Assembly: GCA_900546725.1 (NCBI GenBank)
Contig: URDZ01000001.1
Location: 1 to 59,963 of the forward strand
DNA: 59,963 bases
Source of the DNA: an uncultured Collinsella sp.
Lineage (GTDB): Bacteria; Actinomycetota; Coriobacteriia; Coriobacteriales; Coriobacteriaceae
Direction: 5' to 3'
This document shows positions 55,044 to 59,963 of this stretch, one piece after another (position 1 is the stretch's first letter; every line of letters starts with the position of its first letter). Under the pieces are notes generated by a model. The model saw only the letters and a list, made by a program, of their open reading frames with translations, had not been told where the DNA came from and ran no database searches. Both the position numbers and the translations under genes were made by a program.

Positions 55044-55079
55044 AAATGCGCCCGATGGAAAGCCGTCGGGCGCATTTTT
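55044..55079. terminator. Bidirectional intrinsic terminator
   Basis: AAATGCGCCCGATGG-AAAG-CCGTCGGGCGCATTTTT. Confidence 0.85.
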
Positions 55080-55092
55080 GATGTATCGACTT

Positions 55093-55818
55093 TTAGCCGA
55101 GGCAAGTCCAGTTGACGGGGGTCGAGCCGTGCTGTTCGAGTAGCTGATTGGCTGCCGAGAAGGGACGCGACCCCATAAAGGCGGGGAGTTCTGCTGTGGC
55201 ACGGTTGGCCGAAAGCGGCGAGGGGTGCGTAGAGGCCAGGCAGAACTTGCCGGTTGCCTTGCCCGCGCCGGTTGCGGCGAGCTTGCCTTCAACCATCTGC
55301 TGGGCAAAGCGACCCCATGCCAAAAAGACGACCGACTGGGGCAGCTGGCAGCAGCGTTCGATAACGTAGTCGGTGAGCGTGCTCCAGCCCAGTTTGGCGT
55401 GCGAGTTGGCGGCATGCTCGCGCACGGTGAGCGTAGTGTTGAGGAGCAGGACGCCCTGCTGTGCCCATGGTGTCAAGTCTCCCGTGGCGGGGATGGGGCA
55501 ACCCAGATCGGCTTTGAGTTCCTTATAGATGTTGCGCAGGCTCGGCGGCAACTTGGTTTGCGTTGCGGGGACCGAAAACGACAGCCCCATGGCCTGGTTG
55601 GGTCCGTGATAGGGGTCTTGACCTAAGATGACAACCTTGACCTGGTCGGCCGGCGTGTAGGCGAGGGCATTGAGGATGTCGTCTTGTGCCGGGTAGATGG
55701 TCTGTTCGGCACGCAAGAGGGCGATGCGCTCGAGCAGCTGGTTCGTAGTGTCACGTACCGGCTGCGGCGCATCGCCCAACCAAGTTGCTATGTTGCGGTC
55801 GCGGGTCGCGGTGTCCAT
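55093..55818 (-). CDS. ung: Uracil-DNA glycosylase (family 1)
   Basis: GQDPYH, PPSLRNI, GVLLLNT, HPSPLS. Confidence 0.96.
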   Translation of the reverse strand: MDTATRDRNIATWLGDAPQPVRDTTNQLLERIALLRAEQTIYPAQDDILNALAYTPADQVKVVILGQDPYHGPNQAMGLSFSVPATQTKLPPSLRNIYKELKADLGCPIPATGDLTPWAQQGVLLLNTTLTVREHAANSHAKLGWSTLTDYVIERCCQLPQSVVFLAWGRFAQQMVEGKLAATGAGKATGKFCLASTHPSPLSANRATAELPAFMGSRPFSAANQLLEQHGSTPVNWTCLG

Positions 55819-55906
55819 GGGGCTCCTTTATGGCAGATGCTCTGTTGGCATCTATTGTAAAGGCGCACCGGTTGCCTTTATGCCACGGCTGTATGAAGAG
55901 CGGGGT

Positions 55907-56809
55907 CTACGAGACGTGCTCGGGCGCTCCTGCCATGCGAGCCTGTTCATGTGCGCGGAGGCGCGGAAGCTCGACGGTTGCCACCATGACGCCGGTGAGG
56001 ATGAGGGCGGCGCCAAAGAAGGCGATGGGGCTCAGGACCTCGCCGACCAGGAAGAACGAGAAGACGGCGGAGCAGACTGGCTCGAGCGAGAAGGCGAAGC
56101 CGGTGGTCTCGGCGGGCACGTGGGGCTGCACGAGCGTCTGGGTGATAAAACCGTAGGCAGAGCAGATGAGCGCGAGGGCAACGACGACCACGATCTCGCT
56201 GGGCGTACTGGGAAGTGTGAAACCGCCAAAGACGCATGCGGCAATGCCCGAGAACAGGCCGCCAAAGCCCAACTGCCAAACGCCCAGGGACAGCGGGTCG
56301 ACATCTTCGACAAAGCGCTTGGCTACGATAATGTGGCCGGCATAGATAAAAGCGGAGAGCAGCATGATGAGCGCGCCCGGATTCAGGCTGGTGAAGTCGG
56401 TGCCCGAGAGCAGCAACATGCCGCAGGTGACGATGGCGGTGCCGATGAGCACTTTGCGCTCGGGGGCGCGGCGCAGCAGGGCGGCGTTGGCAAACGGCAC
56501 GATCACGACCGTCAGGCTCTGCAAAAAGCCGGCAGTGGAGGCAGAGGTGAGGCTGGAGCCCAGGCACATGCAGGTGAGCTCGGTTGCCATGATGGCGCCG
56601 ATGATGGCGGCGCGAACCATAAGGTCGCGGTTGATGCGGAACGCGCGCTTGTGGAAGAGCAGCAGGCAGACCACAAAGGCGATGATGCAGCGTAGCGCGA
56701 CGATGCTCGTGGCGTTCATGCTGTCCATGCCGATCTTCATGAGAGGGTACGAAAAGCCCCATGCGACGGGAACGGAAAATGAGAGCGCGATTGCTTTTTT
56801 GCGATCCAT
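55907..56809 (-). CDS. EamA/DMT transporter
   Basis: ~10 TM helices, WGFSY, SLEPV. Confidence 0.88.
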   Translation of the reverse strand: MDRKKAIALSFSVPVAWGFSYPLMKIGMDSMNATSIVALRCIIAFVVCLLLFHKRAFRINRDLMVRAAIIGAIMATELTCMCLGSSLTSASTAGFLQSLTVVIVPFANAALLRRAPERKVLIGTAIVTCGMLLLSGTDFTSLNPGALIMLLSAFIYAGHIIVAKRFVEDVDPLSLGVWQLGFGGLFSGIAACVFGGFTLPSTPSEIVVVVALALICSAYGFITQTLVQPHVPAETTGFAFSLEPVCSAVFSFFLVGEVLSPIAFFGAALILTGVMVATVELPRLRAHEQARMAGAPEHVS

Positions 56810-56967
56810 GGGACTCCTTTTGTTACAGAACGGTTTCGTACAAAGGATTCTGCTCCCAGATGTGGATGTAGTAAAGCGAATGTATCTTCAGTATGATTAA
56901 GAAATACTAATGTTGGCAGAAAAAGCCCTGGCAAAACGTTTTACGGCTGCATTGATGTGGAGGTGCG

Positions 56968-57834
56968 ATGGCATCGCGGTATCAGATTGTTTGTATGGTG
57001 GTCGATCGCGGCAGTCTTAAGGGCGCGGCGGACGAGCTGGGCTATACGCAAAGTGCGGTGAGCCAGGCCGTCAAGGCACTCGAGCGCGAGCTGGGTACCA
57101 CGCTTATCGAGCGCGGTAAGCAGGGCGTTTCGCTTACGCGCGACGGTAAACAATATCTGCCGTATCTGCGCCAGATTGTGACTGCCGAGGCTGAGCTCGA
57201 GGGCAAGCGCCAGGAGTTGCTGGGGCTTTCGTCGACCGATATTCGCATCGCGACGTTTACCAACGTGAGTCGAACCGTGTTACCGCGTGTGATCCGCGAC
57301 TTTGGGGCGCTGCACCCGGGCGTACGCTTTACCCTTAAGCAGGGCGACTACACGCGCAACGCCCAATGGGTGCACGATGGCGTGGTCGATTTTTGCTTTA
57401 CGGCACGCGGGTTTACCGCTGGCCTCGAGAAGCGCGTGGTCTATCACGACGAGTTGGTGGCACTGTTGCCTGTCGCGCATCCGCTGGCGGCAAAGGAAAA
57501 GGTGACACTCGCCGACCTGGCTTCCGAGCCGTTTGTGCTTCTGGATGAGGGCGAACAGAGCCTGGTGCTCGATGCATTCGCGGCGCATGGCCTGTCGCCG
57601 CACGTGACGAGCGAGGTCACCGACGACTACACCATCATGGCGATGGTGGAGGAGGGCCTAGGCGTGAGCATGCTCTACCGTCGTACTGTGGAGGGCATGC
57701 GAGCCGATATTCGTGTGCGGCCCATCGTGCATGCCCCCTCGCGCGACGTGGTGGCGGCTTGGCGCAGCTGGGACACCATGCCTATCGCCACGAGGCGCTT
57801 TATCGACTATATGAGCTCGCATATTGTCAATTAA
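56968..57834 (+). CDS. LysR-family regulator
   Basis: GSLKGAADELGYTQSAVSQAVKALERELG; divergent from the DMT gene. Confidence 0.95.
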   Translation: MASRYQIVCMVVDRGSLKGAADELGYTQSAVSQAVKALERELGTTLIERGKQGVSLTRDGKQYLPYLRQIVTAEAELEGKRQELLGLSSTDIRIATFTNVSRTVLPRVIRDFGALHPGVRFTLKQGDYTRNAQWVHDGVVDFCFTARGFTAGLEKRVVYHDELVALLPVAHPLAAKEKVTLADLASEPFVLLDEGEQSLVLDAFAAHGLSPHVTSEVTDDYTIMAMVEEGLGVSMLYRRTVEGMRADIRVRPIVHAPSRDVVAAWRSWDTMPIATRRFIDYMSSHIVN

Positions 57835-57861
57835 TGACTGGCGTGGCGTTGGGTGCGGTGT

Positions 57862-59200
57862 TTAGCGGGCTGTCGCTTTGGCTTGGGTGGCGCGATAGGT
57901 GCGTGCCGGGTGGCAGAGTAGCACCGCCACGACCATAAAGAACGCCGTGGTGCCCAGGCTGATGGGGTAGACCATCATGATGTTCGCAAAGGTGCGGAAG
58001 TGCGGGAACACGCAGAACACCCAATAGAAGCGGATGCCGCAGACGCAGATCATGGTGATGAGGGCGGGCGTGAGCGAGATACCAAAGCCGCGCAGGTAGC
58101 CGGACATGTTTTCGTAGAACATGCTAAAGGCGTACGCCGGGAAGATCGAGCACACGCGGATATAGCCGATCGAGACGATGTTGGGATCACTGTTGAACAG
58201 CGACAAGATCTCACGCCCCAGGCCGACAATAACGATAATTGTGGTGAGCGCGACGATACCGCCTTCGACCAGGCAGACCTTGAGCGTTTTGGTGCAGCGG
58301 TCGATCTGGCGGGCACCGTGGTTTTGTCCCACAAAGGTGGTGCAAGCCTGGCTAAAGCTGTTGAGCAGGTTATAGCACACGTACTCCAAGCTCATAGCGG
58401 CGCTCGATGCCGCCATGACCTCGGTGCCCAGGCTGTTGATGGCGGACTGGATGATGATGTTGGCGACGGCAAAGACGGCGCTTTGGATGCCGGCGGGCAG
58501 GCCGATCTTGACGATGCGCTTGAGGGCGACGGGGTCGATAGCCAAGTCACGCGGGGTGACGCGGACGACAGAGTCGGTCTTGAGCAGGCGGATAAAGAGC
58601 GTAGCGGCGCTGACGGTGTAGGCGATGGCGGTGGCGATGGCGACGCCCGCGACGCCCCAGTGAAGTACGGGGACAAAGATGAGGTCCAGGCCAATGTTGA
58701 GGACGGTGGACACGGCAAGCGCCTGCAGCGGCATGCGGGTGATGCCGACGGAGCGGAAGATCGCGGCCTCAAAGTTGTAGAGCAAAATCGAGGGCATGCT
58801 CAGCAAAAAGACGCGTAGATAGAGTGAGGCGAGCGGCATGGTCTCGGCGGGAACGTTGAGCGCGGCGAGCATGGGCTCGGCAAAGATCTCGCCCAGAGCG
58901 ATGACGACAAAGCCCACGAGTGCCATTAAAATCGAGGTATGGACGGCGCGTTTGACCATGTTCTGATCGTTGCGGCCGATAGCGTTGGCGATGACCACGT
59001 TGGAGCCAAGCGACATGCCAATAAACAGGTTGAGCATAAGACTGGTAAGCGGAACATTGGAGCCGACCGCCGCCATGGCGAGGGTTCCCTGGTCGCCCGA
59101 GAAGTTACCGATAATGACCGTGGCGATGAGGTTCGACAGCTGCTCCAAGATGCTCGTGGCGGCCACGGGGAAGGCGAACAGGGGAATATTGCGCCACAGA
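57862..59200 (-). pseudogene. MATE efflux transporter interrupted near its 5' end by IS110
   Basis: MATE motifs (AMAAVG, GANVV-like GSNVV, FVGQNHGA); frame extends to LWRNIPLFAFP, then switches to IS sequence at ~59200. Confidence 0.8.
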
Positions 59201-59203
59201 CAC

Positions 59204-59963
59204 TATGACCCAATCCGAGGGCACGGAAACGACAGGAGCCCCCGCTCGTGACCGCGGGTCGGGGCTGCGACAATGTTGTTGAAGTGCCAGAGGCGCAGCC
59301 GCGCCGCAACGAGGTTGGGAGGCTCCCGTGCCTAGATATTCTACCGCCTTCGGAATGGACGTACACCTCAGGTCCACCACCGTCTGCGCGCTCGACGCGG
59401 AGACGGGCGAGGCCGTGGCGAGGAGGTTCCGCGGCAACCCGTGGGGCGAGGTCGCGGAGTGGATGTCGGGCTTCCCCGGCCCGTCGCTCGCCGCCTACGA
59501 GAGCGGCTACCTCGGCTTCGCGCCGCAGAGGGAGCTGTCGGCCCTCGGCGTCGACTGCGTCGTCGCGGCCGTCTCCAAGGTCCCGAGGTCGGCGGCAGAC
59601 CTCTCGTCCAAGAACGACCGCAACGACGCGGCCAGGATGGCCAAGGCGATACTGTCGCACGACGTCACCCCGGTATGGGTGCCGTCCCCCGAGATCGAGG
59701 GGCTCAGGGACCTCGCCGCCGCCCACGACGCCGCGACCGCCAGGCTCGCGGCGGCGAAGCAGCGGCTCCTGGCGTTCCTGGCCCGCCGCGGCTACGTCTA
59801 CGGAGGCACGACGCCGGCCGGAAACCCCCGGAGGTACTGGACGTACGGCTTCCTCAGGTGGCTCGACAAGGTCCGGCCCGCCGACGACGGCGGCATCCGG
59901 GCGCTTGCGGCGCTGAGGAGCGAGGTCGAGGCGGCCGCCGAGACGCGCGACGACCTCCTCGCC
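59204..59963 (+). mobile_element. IS110-family element (left end and partial recombinase; runs off the window)
   Basis: Structured ~125 bp non-coding end followed by a DEDD transposase; GC rises; exact junction +/- 5 bp. Confidence 0.88.
59328..59963 (+). CDS. IS110 DEDD recombinase/transposase (partial), absent from the ORF track
   Basis: GGGAGG RBS, GTG start; MPRYSTAFGMDVH...AYESG...KNDRNDA...VWVPS. Confidence 0.92.
   Translation, partial: MPRYSTAFGMDVHLRSTTVCALDAETGEAVARRFRGNPWGEVAEWMSGFPGPSLAAYESGYLGFAPQRELSALGVDCVVAAVSKVPRSAADLSSKNDRNDAARMAKAILSHDVTPVWVPSPEIEGLRDLAAAHDAATARLAAAKQRLLAFLARRGYVYGGTTPAGNPRRYWTYGFLRWLDKVRPADDGGIRALAALRSEVEAAAETRDDLLA

Overview
High-GC chromosomal window that looks like a gut Coriobacteriia genome (Collinsella-like; inferred from gene content and GC, not verified). 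Housekeeping genes include ychF, an asparaginase, guaA, a type IIA topoisomerase pair, a dus, a trmO/tsaA-like gene, prfC and ung, interspersed with accessory DNA. The main accessory feature is a ~4.75 kb integrase-less island at the guaA 3' end, bounded by a degenerate duplicate of the last six guaA codons and by inverted arm-like sites. It carries a divergent mef-like MFS plus Msr-like ABC-F macrolide-resistance pair, preceded by a promoter, an 11-codon leader peptide and attenuator-like hairpins. Next to it are a frameshifted TenpN/ToxN-like type III toxin behind a structured RNA, and a yjdF gene with its riboswitch; a second, orphan copy of that riboswitch lies inside the island. Other notable items: an SOS box upstream of an atypical topoisomerase II operon, a ~1450 aa protein with both a Tat-like signal and a sortase-like anchor, a decayed 25-32 kb accessory block, two families of MITE-like elements, REP-like hairpins, a preQ1-like leader upstream of a VUT transporter plus SDR pair, and an IS110 element with a structured non-coding end interrupting a MATE gene at the right edge. 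All family calls are motif recognition by eye; no searches were run. No rRNA, tRNA or CRISPR array was seen.
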